64,000 bases of DNA. Source: Mobula hypostoma (taxonomy: Eukaryota). The notes beneath the pieces are model-generated. The model had not been told where the DNA came from. It did not search any database and was given only the letters and a program-made list of their open reading frames with translations. A program made the translations under genes and the position numbers. Positions 24,010 through 34,831 of this stretch are shown piece by piece (position 1 is the stretch's first letter; every line of letters starts with the position of its first letter). Where the stretch lies: contig NC_086109.1 in assembly GCF_963921235.1 (NCBI RefSeq), forward strand, positions 1,054,001 to 1,118,000. Reading direction: 5' to 3'.

Positions 24010-25252
24010 TATGGCCCTTCTAACGTCCTCCTCGGTGACGATGAATCTCGATGCCACCAGGTCCGGTTCATCCGGAGGGAGCGGGACGCTCCTCTTCTGT
24101 TTGAATCTTGGGTAGAATACGTTAAGTTCGTCACGAAGAGAAGCACCACAGTTATTGATATTCCCAGCCTTTTCTTTGCACCCAGTGATCTCATTTAGAC
24201 CCTGCCATAGTCTACTGGTATCCCTCTGGTTAGCCTGGGCTTCCAACTTGGCTCGATATTGCCTCTTGGCACCCTTAATGGCTTTCCGGAGTTCACGCCT
24301 GGATTCCGTGTAGCGACTGGTATCCCCGGACCTAAAAGCCGCAGCTCTAGCCTTTAAAAGGGACTTGACCTCATAATTCATCCAAGGTTTCCGGTTAGGG
24401 AATACCCGGATCGTCTTGCGAGACACACAGTTCTCCATGCATTTCCAAATAAAGTCTGTGACAGCTGAGGCATACTCATCGAGGTTAGCTGCCGAGTCCT
24501 TGAATACTAACCAGTCCACCGATTCAAAGCAGTCACGGAGGACCTCATCCGTTTCCTCCGTCCAACGCGACACCACTTTTGACACCGTGGTCTCCCACTT
24601 CAGTTTCTGTTTGTAAGCCGGGAGGAGGAGTATGGCCTGATGGTCCGATTTTCCGAAGTGAGGTCGTGGGACGGAACAGTAGGCATCCTTGACTGCTGTG
24701 TAGCAGTGGTCAAGTATATTTGGGCCTCTAGTGGGGCAGGAGACATGTTGGTATAACTTTGGCAACGCCTTTCTGAGGTTGGCCTGGTTAAAGTCCCCAG
24801 CTGTAATTAGCAAAGCCTCCGGATACCTGGTCTCAAGTTCACTGATGTTGGCATACAGTATGTTCAGGGCACACTCCACGTCCGCCTGGGGGGCAATGTA
24901 GACCGCTGTCAGTATGACCGAGGTGAATTCCCGTGGCAGATAGTAGGGACGACACTTCACCGACAGGTGTTCCAGGTCTGGGCTGCAGGAGCTTGTCAGT
25001 GCCACTGTGTCCGAGCACCACCCAGTGTTGATCAGTAGGCAGACACCACCTCCCCTTGTCTTGCCCGAAGACGCTGTGCGGTTCATCCGATGGATCGAAA
25101 ATCCCACTGGTCAGATGGCATAGTCGGGGGTGGCAGAGGAGAGCCAGGTCTCTGTGAAACAGAATACACAGCAGTTCTGCATCTCCCTGCAGTAGGTGAG
25201 TCTCCCTTTAAGATCATCCACCTTGTTCTCTATGGCTTGCACATTAGCTAGC
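24010..25252 (-). pseudogene. Rex1/Babar ORF fragment: AP endonuclease and linker, long open frame
   Basis: ORF 23992-25107: GKTRGGGVCLLIN, CRPYYLPREFT, AGDFNQANL, TRGPNILDHCY, HFGKSDH. Confidence 0.9.
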
Positions 25253-26128
25253 ATGGAGGTCAGTGACCAGTGGTGTGCCTCAGGGATCCGTTCTGGGACC
25301 CCTTCTCTTCGTGATTTTGAAAAATAACCTGGATGAGGAAGTGGAGGGATGGGTTAGTCAATTTGCTGATGACGCAAAAGTTTGGGGTGTTGCGGATAGT
25401 GTGGAGGGTTGTCAGAGGTTACAGCAGGACATCGATAAGATGCAAAACTGGGCTGAGAAGTGACAGATGGAGTTCAACCCAGATAAGTGTGACGTGGTTC
25501 ATTTTGGTCAGTTAAATATGATGGCAGAATATAGTATTAATGGTAAGACACTTGGCAGTGTGGAGGATCAGAGGGATCTTGGGGTCCAAGTCCATAGGAC
25601 ACTCAAAGCTGCTGCGCAGGTTGACTCTGTAGTTAAGAAGTCATACAGTGCATTGGCCTTCATCAACCGTGGGATTGAGTTTAAGAGCCAACAGATAATG
25701 TTACAGCTATATAGGACCCTAGTCAGACCCCACTTGGAGTACTGTCACCTCACTATAGGAAGGATGTGGAAACTATAGAAAGGGTGCAAAAGAGATTTAT
25801 AAGGATATTGCCTGGATTGGGGAGCATGCCTTAAGAGAATAGGTTGAGTGATTTGGCCTTTCACCTTGGAGAGACGGAGGATGAGAGGTGGACTGATAGA
25901 GGAGTACGCAGAGAGTGGTGAGTGCGTGGAATGGGCTGCCAGCGATGATGGTGGAAGCAGATATGATAGGGTCTTTTAAGAGACTCCTGGATAGGTACAT
26001 GGAGCTTAGAAAAATAGAGTACTAAGGGTAACCCTAGGTAATTTCTAAAGTAAGTACCTGTTTGGCACAGCATTGTGGGCCAAAGGGCCTGTATTGTGCT
26101 GAGGTTTTCCTGTGTTTCTATGTTTCTA
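25253..26128 (+). mobile_element. CR1 RT 3' fragment with tail
   Basis: TSGVPQGSVLGPLLF, QFADDAK; tgtttctatgtttcta tail. Confidence 0.9.
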
Positions 26129-26129
26129 G

Positions 26130-26630
26130 CACGGAAGCCAGTGACGGACGGGCCATTGGCAGGACGTAGATCCTATATTCGGTGCACAGAAGAGAGACCG
26201 AGTGCAAATTCATCAGGTGACGAAGATCCCCCTTCTTAGGCAACAGGACCATGACCAACCTATGCCAAGAGACGGGCTACTCAACTGATGCCGGACTTTC
26301 ATCCAGGACCCTGGTTAATCATCATGCAGTATGTTCCAGAAGTCGTGGACATACTCCATAGTCAACCCGCCCAAACGCGGGACTTGCCTCCAGGTGTCTG
26401 GTTAAGGGCACCGGTCAGTTCCTCCAGCGATAGGGGACAGTCCAGCCGCTGGATAGCTGACATTTGGCAGGTCTTCCCACAGCACTCCCTACACCTGCTC
26501 ACTTGGCGGGTCCAGCGAGAACAGGATCGTCTAAAATAAGCGAACTTCATTGAAGGAGTAGCCATCTTCTATCAGCTCCACAAGTTGCCTGAACACCCAC
26601 CGCCATTTCTCCAGAGAATAAATGAAAGAT
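26130..26630 (-). mobile_element. Tx1/L1-clade LINE RT fragment, degraded
   Basis: LDCPLSLEELTGALNQTPGGKS; LLPKKGDLRHL...SLLCTEYRI. Confidence 0.7.
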
Positions 26631-27278
26631 GACACAGTCCAGCTCTTGTTACAGCTGGATTCCTGACACCAGATGGTGTTGAGACTTCTTTCTTCCATAA
26701 GCCATAAGACATAGGAGCAGAATTAGGCCATCTTTCCCATCGAGTTTGCTCGGCCATTCAGTCATGGCTGATCCTTTTCTCCTCCTCAACTGCAGTTCCC
26801 GGACTTCTCCCCATACCCTTTGATACCATGTCCAACCAAGAATCTATCAATCTCTGCCTTAAATACACCCAACGACCTGGCCTCCACAGCTACATGGGGC
26901 AACAAATTCCACAAATTCACCAACCTTTAGCTAAAGAAATTTCTCCGCATCTGTTTTGAAAGGGTGCCCCTCTATCCTGAGGCTGTGCACTCTTGTCCTA
27001 GACTCTCCCACCATGGGAAACATCATTACCACATCTACTCTGTCTGGGCCTTTCAACATTCAGAAGGTTTCAATGAAAACCACCCCCCTCCATTCTGAAT
27101 TCCAGCGAGTACAGACCCAGCATCATCAAACGCTCCTTGTCTGAAAACTCTTTCATTCCTGGAATCATCCTTGTGAACCTCCTCTGGACCCCCTGCAATG
27201 CCAGCACATCTTTTCTAAGATGAGGGGCCTAAAACTGTTCACAATAGTCAAGGTGAGGCCTCACCAGTGCTTTATAAA

Positions 27279-27472
27279 GGGGTGTATGGGGCATCAGGGA
27301 GGGGTAGCACCTCTGGTGGGGGAACATGTCACGTCCTTTTCAGGGCGGTTAGTCCACCTTTGGTCCCCACCTGGCACTCAGCTCTCACCTGTGGCTCCCC
27401 GTAGCTGTTTGCATGTGACAGCAGCCACACCCTGGGAAATGGCTTCGACAAGCCGGCTAAACCAGGTGAGGG
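27279..27472 (+). ncRNA. HDV-like self-cleaving ribozyme
   Basis: P1 GGGGTGT(27279-85)/ACACCCT(27427-33); P2 CTCTCACCTGT(27382-92)/ACCAGGTGAGGG(27461-72); P3 GGC/GCC; L3 TCCCCGTA plus hairpin; P1.1 CC/GG(27434-35); P4 TGGCTT-CGAC-AAGCCG; J4/2 G-C(27457)-TAA. Confidence 0.8.
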
Positions 27473-27833
27473 TAGCCGATGGGTCTCAAACCCTCGGTGA
27501 GATAGGGAGTTGTCTATCCCAGCATGTGAAGACAGACTCCGGCGGATTGAGCGGACGAGATCAATGGAAGGTCCAACGGTCAAGAAGATGGTTTCTGCAA
27601 GTGTTGTGGAATGTGTAGAGCAGGGCAAGACACAGAAGATGTCCTGGTCATCCACTGTGCCTAGTCCCATCTCCAGCCGTCTCGACTCTGTCTTGCCAGT
27701 GGATCAAGATGGGAATTGGGAAGAGAGAGTGAGGCTGACGCTGCGCAACTCTCCCTCACTTAAATCCAAATCACGCGCTAGTCTCGACACCATCTGGTGT
27801 CGAGATCTTCATTGACGTCAATGATGGACGAAC
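27279..27833 (+). mobile_element. Non-coding bipartite RTE-derived element (5'UTR joined to 3' end)
   Basis: TSD ataaa(g) 27274/27834; 3' end gcgcaactctccctcacttaaatccaaatcacgcgc...ggacgaac recognised from memory as RTE-type; 3' hairpin tctcgacacc-atct-ggtgtcgaga. Confidence 0.75.
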
Positions 27834-28180
27834 ATAAAGCCTCAGCATCACATCCTTGCTCTCATATTCTAGACCTCTTGAAATGAATGCTAACATGGCA
27901 TTTGCCTTCCTCACCAACGACTCAACCTTCAAGTTAACCTCAAGGGCGTTCTGCATAAGGACTCCCAAGTCCTTCTGCATCACTGATTCCTGTAACTTCT
28001 CCCCGTTTAGAAAATAGACCGCACATTTATTTCTACTCCCAAAGTGCATGACCATGTATTTTCCAACATTATATTTCATTTGCCACTTTCCTGCCCATTC
28101 TCCTAATTTGTCCAAGTCCTTCTGCATCCCACCTGTTTCCTCAACACTATCTGCCCCTCCACAAACCTTTGTATCATCTG

Positions 28181-31100
28181 CAACAAAAGTGGATGGGCTT
28201 GAGGCACAGTTGGAAATTGGTAAGTGTGATGTTGTGGGAATAACAGAGACATGACTTCAAGTGGACAGGGCCTGGAAATTGAATATTCAAGGGTATACGT
28301 CCTATCAAAAGGACAGACTGATGGGCAGAGGGGGTGGGGTGGCTCTGTTGGTGAGGAATGATATTCAGTCCCTTGTGAGGGGGGACATAGAATCAGGAGA
28401 CGTAGAGTCAGTATGGATAGAACTGAGAAATTCTAAGGATAGAAAGACCCTAATGGGAGTTATCTACAGGCCCCCAAACAGTAGTCTGGATGTAGGGTGT
28501 AAGTTGAATCAAGAGTTAAAATTGGCATGTCGCAAAGGTAATGCTACAGTTGTTATGGGTGATTTCAACATGCAGGTAGGGTAGACTGGAGGAATCAGGT
28601 TGGTACTGGACCCCAAGAAGGGGAGTTTGTGGAGTCCCTCCGAGATGGATTCTTAGAACAGCTTGTACTGGAGCCTACCAGAGAGAACGCAATTCTAGAT
28701 TTAGTGTTGTGCAATGAACTGATTTGATCAGGGACCTCAAGGTAAAGGAGCCATTAGGAGGTAGTGACCATAATATGATAAGTTTTAATCTACAATTTGA
28801 GAGGGAGAAGGAAAACTCAGCAGTGTCAGTATTACAGTTGAACAAAGGGAACTATGGTGCTATGAGGGAGGAGCTGGCCACAGTTCAATGGAACAATACC
28901 CTAGCAGGGATGACAGTGGAACAGCAATGGCAAGTGTTTCTGGGAATAATGCGGAAGGTGCAGGATCAGTTCATTCCAAAGAAGAAGAAAGATCCTAAGG
29001 GGAGTAAGGGGAGGCCGTGGCTGACAAGGGAAGTAATGGACAGTATAAAAATAAAACAGAAGTATAACATAGCAAAGATGAGTGGGAAGCTGGAGGATTG
29101 GGAAACTTTTAAAGAGCAACAGAAGGTAACCAAAAAGGCAATGCGCGGAGAAAAAATGAGGTACAAAGGTAAGCAACACACATAAAAGTTTCTGGTGAAC
29201 GCAGCAGGCCAGGCAGCATCTCTAGGAAGAGGTGCAGTCGATGTTTCAGGCTGAGACCCTTCGTCAGGACAGTTAGTCCTTCCTAGAGATGCTGCCTGGC
29301 CTGCTGCGTTCACCAGCAACTTTTATGTGTGTTGCTTGAATTTCCAGCATCTGCAGAATTCCTGTTGTTTGAGGTACAAAGGTAAACTAGCCAAGAATAT
29401 AAAGGAGGATAGTAAAAGCTTCTTTAGGTATGTGAAAAGGAAAAAAAATAGTTAAGACCAAAATTGGGCCCTCGAAGACAGAAGCGTGTGAATTTATTAT
29501 GGGGAACAAGGAAATGGCAGATGAGTTGAACAGGTACTTTGGATCTGTCTTCACTAGGAAAGACACAAACAATCTCCCAGATATAATAGTGGCCAAAGAA
29601 CCTAGGGTAATGGATGAATGAAGAAAATTTATATTAGGCAGGAAATGGTGTTGGATAGACTGTTGGGTCTGAAGGCTGATAAGACCCCGGGCCCTGATGG
29701 TCTGCATCCCAGGGTACTTCAGGAGGTTGCTTTAGAAATCGTGGACGCATTGGTAATCATTTTCCAATGTTCTATAGATTCAGGATCAGTTCCTGTGGAT
29801 TGGAGGGTGGCTAATGTTGTCCCTCTCTTCAAGAAGGGAGGAAGAGAGAAAACAGGGAATTATAGACCGGTTAGCCTGATGTCGGTGGTGGGAAAGATGC
29901 TGGAGTCAATTATAAAAGATGAAATTACGACACATCTGGATAGCAGTAACAGGATCAGTCCGAGTCAGCATGGTTTTATGAAGGGGAAATCGTGCTTGAC
30001 TAATCTTCTGGAATTTTTTGAGGATGTAACTATGAAAATGGACAAGGGAGAGCCAGTGGATGTAGTGTACCTGGACTTTCAGAAAGCCTTTGATAAAGTC
30101 CCACACAGGAGATTAGTGGGCAAGATTAGGGCACATGGTATTGGGGGCTGAGTACTAATGTAGATTGAAAATTGGCTGGCTGACAGAAAACAAAGAGTAG
30201 CAATTAACGGGTCCCTTTTGGAATGGCAGGCGGTGACCAGTGGGGTACCGCAGGGTTCAGTGCTGGGACCGCAGCTGTTTACAATATATATTAATGATTT
30301 AGATGAGGGAATTAAAAGTAACATTAGCAAATTTGCCGATGACACAAAGCTGGGTGGCAGTGTGAAATGTGAGGAGGATGTTATGAGAATGCAGGGTGAC
30401 TTGGACAGGCTGGGTGAGTGGGCAGATGCTTGGCAGATGCAGTTTAATGTGGATAAATGTGAGGTTACTCACTTTGGTAGCAAGAACAGGAAGGCAGATT
30501 ATTATCTAAATGGAGTCAAGTTAGGAAAAGGGGAAGTACAACGAGATCGAGGTGTTCTTGTACATCAGTCACTGAAAGCAAGCATGCAAGTACAGCAGCC
30601 AGTGAAGAAAGCTAATGGTATGTTGGCCTTCATAACAAAAGGAATTGAGTATAAGAGCAAAGAGGTCCTTCTGCAGTTGTACAGGGCCCTGGTGAGACCA
30701 CACCTGGAGTACTGTGTACAGTTTTGGTCTCCAAATGTGAGGAAGGACATCCTTGCTATTGAGGGAGTGCAGCGTAGGTTCACAGGATTAATTCCCGGGA
30801 TGGCAGGACTGTCATATGTTGAAAGATTGGAGGGACTGGGCTTGTATACTCTGGAATTTAGAAGGCTGAGGGGGGATCTTATTGAAACATATAAGATTAT
30901 TACGGGATTGGACACGCTGGAGGCAGGAAGCATGTTCCCGCTGGAGGCAGGAAGCATGTTCCCGCTGATGGGTGAGTCCAGAACCAGAGGCCACAGTTTA
31001 AGAATAAGGGGTAGGCCATTTAGAATGGAGTTGAGGAAAAACCTTTTCACCCAGAGAGTGGTGGATATATGGAATGCTTTGCCCCAGAGGGCTGTGGAGG

Positions 31101-31282
31101 CCAAGTCTCTGGATGCTTTCAAAAAAGAGATGGATAGAGCTCTTAAGGATGGCGGAATCAAAGGTTATGGGGATAAAGCAGGAACTGGATACTGATTGTG
31201 GATGATCAGCCATGATCACAGTGAATGGCGGTGCTGGCTTGAAGGGCCAAATGGCCTACTTCTGCACCTATTGTCTATTGTC
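28181..31282 (+). mobile_element. CR1 LINE, near-complete ORF2 (EN+RT) with stops and frameshifts
   Basis: VVGITET, GRGGGVALLV, YRPP, MGDFN, GSDHN, NYRPVSL, KFADDTKL; gcacctattgtctattgtc tail. Confidence 0.95.
29173..29370. mobile_element. Fold-back Penelope pLTR mini-insert; hammerhead on minus strand at 29235-29270
   Basis: TSD gaggtacaaaggtaa (29158-29172, 29371-29385); minus strand gtcctgacgaagggtctcagcctgaaacatcgactg. Confidence 0.9.
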
Positions 31283-32231
31283 ATCTAAATCATTTATATA
31301 CAACTTAAAAAGAAGTGATCCCAACACAGACTCCTGTGGAACACCACTAGTCACTGGCAGCCAACCAGAAAACAATCCTTTTATTCCCACTTGCTACCTC
31401 CTACCAATCAGCCAATGCTCTAACCATGTTAGTAGCTTTCCTGTAATACCATGGGCTCTTAACTTGGTAAGCAGCCTCATGTGGGGCACCTTGTCAAAGG
31501 CCTTCTGAAAGTCCAAATATACAACATCCACTGCATCCCCTTTGTCTATCCTATTTGTAATCTCCACAAGGAATTCCTGAAGGAAACCATGCTGACTCTG
31601 TCCTATCTTGTCCTGCGTCATTAAGTACTCCATAACTTCATCCTTAACAATTGACTCTAACATCTTCCCAACCACAGAGGTCAGGCTAACTAGTCTATAA
31701 TTTCCTTTCTGCTCCCTTCCTCCTATCTTATATAATAACATTTGCAATTTTCCAGTCCTCTGGTACCATTCCAGAGTTCAATGATTTTTGAAAGATCATT
31801 TCTAATGCCACCACAATCTCTAACGTTACCTCTTTCAGAAACCTTGGGTGCAGTTCCAGAACTCCAGGTGAGAGAGGATTCGCCGATGTTAACAGCCAGA
31901 GAAATCGGTCCCAGCTTCAGCAAAAGTTGCACACACTGGCAGGCAACCAGCCTTTGTCACTGCCACTGAGCACAGTTCAGCAAAACAGCCTTCCCCCAAG
32001 AAGAAAACTGCTCCAGTTCACTGCCAAGTATGAAATAACACTTTCAAGAACTTCCTCCATCCTCACTGCCATTCGTCAGTGTTAATTTCCGAAATAAATT
32101 GACTTCTTCCAAGAGCCCACATGCCGCTGCCCCTACTACAGTGTAGTTGTCCCTCACCACCCCTACTACAGTGTAGCACTAGCTCACCACCCCTCCCACA
32201 GAGCCCATCTCCTCTCGTTGCCACTCCGGTC

Positions 32232-34560
32232 TTGTTAGCTCCTTTTCCATCCATAAGACCCTCAGAGCAGAATTAGGCCATCCGGCCTATCGGGTTTGCT
32301 CTGCCAGTTCATCATGTCCGATCCATTTCCCTCACAGCCCCAGTCTCCTGTCTTCTCCCTTATCCCTTCATGCCCTGGCCAGTCAAGAATTTATCAACTT
32401 CTGCCTTAAATATACCAAGTGATTTGGCCTCAACAGCTGCCTGTGGCAGAGAATTCCACAGACTCACTACTCTCTGGCTAAAGAAATCCCTCCTCACCTC
32501 TATTCTAAAAGGACGTCCCTCTAATCTGAGGCAGTGTCCTCTGGTCCTAGAATTGCCCACCATAGGAAGCATCTTCTCCACATCCACTCTATCAAGGCCT
32601 TTTACCATTCAATAGGTTTCAATGAGGTCACCCCTTCTCTGAATTCCATGAATACAGGCCCAGAACCATCAAATGTTGCTCATAAAATTGAACTTTCAAT
32701 GCTGGAATTATTTCGTGATCCTCTTTTGAACCCCCTCCAAAGTCAATAGACAATAGACAATAGGTGCAGGAGTAGGCCATTTAGCCCTTCAAGTTAGCAC
32801 CGCCATTTACTGTGATCATGGCTGATCATCCACAATCAGTACCCTTTTCCTGCCTTCTCCCCATATCCCTTCACTCCGCAATCTTTAAGAGCTCTATCTA
32901 ACTCTTTTTTGAAAGAATCCAGAGAATTGACCTCCACTGCCTTCTGAGGTAGAACATTCCACAGAACCACGTCAGCACATCCTTCCTTAGATAAGGGGCA
33001 CAACTGCTCAGAATACTCCAAATGAGGCCTCACCAGTGCCTAAAAAGCCTCAACATTACATCCCTGCTTTTATATTCTAGTCCTCTCAAAATGAATGCTG
33101 ACATTGTATTTGCCTTTCTCACCACAGACTCAACCTGCAAATGAACTTTTAGGGAATCCTGCACAAGGACTGTCAAGTCCCTTTGCACTTCAGATATTTG
33201 AATTTTTTCTCCCAAAGTGCAGGACCATACACTTTCCATTACTGTATTCCATCTGCTACTACTTTGTCCATTCTCCCGATCTGTCCAAGTCCTTCTGTAG
33301 CTGCTCTGCTTCTTCAATACTTCTTGCCCCTCCCCTTATCTTTGTATCATCCACAAACTTGGCCAAAAGCCATCAATTCTGCCATCTAAATCACTGAAAT
33401 ATATCGTAAAAGGAAGTGGTCCCAACATGGACCCCTGTGGAATACCATTAGTCTTTGGCAGCCAACTAGAAAAGGCTCCCTTTATTCCCACTCTTTGCCT
33501 CCTCCCCATCTGCTAATGCTCTATACATACATACATGTCTGTAATACCATGGGCAACTTGTTAAGCAGTCTCATGTGGCACCTTGTCAAAGGCCTACTGA
33601 AAATCTAAATACAAAACATCCATCAATTCTCCTGTGTTTACCCTGCTTGTTATATCTTCAAAGAATTACAACAGATTTGTCAGGGAAGATTTTCCGTCAA
33701 GGAAACCATGCTGACTATGGCCTATTTAATCATATGCCTTCAAGTACCCCGAAACCACATCATTAATAATCGACTCCAACATAAGACTATAAGACATGGG
33801 AGTAGAATTAGGCCATTCAGCCCATCAAGTCTGCTCCACTATTCCATCATGGCTGATCCCAGATCCCACTCAACTACATATACCTGCCTTCTCACCATAT
33901 CCTTTGATGCCCTGACTGATCAGGAAATGATCAACTTCCGCCTTAAATGTACGCATGGATGTGGCTTCCAACGCAGTCAGTGGCAGAGCATTGCACAGAT
34001 TTGCTACTCTCTGGCTGAAAAAAATCCCCCTTACCTCTGTTCTAAAGGGTCGCCCCTCAATTTTGAGGCTGTACCCTCTAGTTCTGGATACCCCCACCAT
34101 AGGAAACATTCTCTTCACATCCACCCTATCTAGTCCTTTCAACATTGAATAGGTTTCAACGAGATATCCCCACATTCCTCCTAATTCCAGTGAGTACAGG
34201 CCCAAAGCTGCCAAACACTCCTCACATATTAACCCCTTCATTCCCAGAATCATCCTCCTGAACCTCCTCTGGACTATCTCCAATGACAACACATCCTTTC
34301 TGAGACATGGGGCCCAAGACTGTAGGCAATACTCTAAGTGCAGCCTGACCAGTATCTTATAAAGGCTCAGCATTATCTCCTTCCTTTTACATTCTGTTCC
34401 CCCTGAAATAAATGCCAACATTGCATTTGCCTTCTTTACCACAGACTCAACCTGTAAACTAACCTTCTGGGAGTTTTGCACAAGGTCTCCTAAGTCCCTC
34501 TGTACCTCTGACGTTTGAACCTCCTCCTCATTTAGATAATAGTCCACACTATTGCTTCTT
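32232..34560 (-). mobile_element. Stack of CR1 3' fragments (tails near 32232, 32745 and 33780)
   Basis: Repeated RTRGH...FFSQRVV motifs and cataagac / gacaata tails. Confidence 0.88.
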
Positions 34561-34830
34561 CCAGTAGAGGAAGGCATGCATGGACATATCCGAATGGGAA
34601 TTGAAGCAGAGCTGACGTGGGTGGCAACTGGGAGATCCTGTCTGTTGTGGCAGACAGAGCGCAGGTGCTTAACGAAGTGGTTCCCCAACCCGCATTGGGT
34701 TTAACCGATGTAGAGGAGGCCGCACCAGGAGCACCAGATGCAACAGATGACCCCAACAGACTCACAAGTGAAGTGTTGCCTCACCTGGAAGGACTGTTTG
34801 GGGCCCTGAATGGTGGCAAGAGGGGAGGTG
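34561..34830 (-). mobile_element. Penelope GIY-YIG fragment
   Basis: QVRQHFTCESVGVICCIWCSWCGLLYIG; HLRSVCHNRQDLPVATH. Confidence 0.88.
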
Positions 34831-34831
34831 T

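Larger units (their letters stand above)
26695..28180 (-). mobile_element. CR1 3' fragment hosting the RTE-derived insert; continues at about 31281-31855
   Basis: cataagccataagacatagg tail; QKDLDKLGEWAGKWQMKYNVGK. Confidence 0.88.

Noticed and set aside
28181..31282. Active autonomous CR1
   Set aside because: Multiple stops and frameshifts, a Penelope insertion, and no ORF1 or 5'UTR
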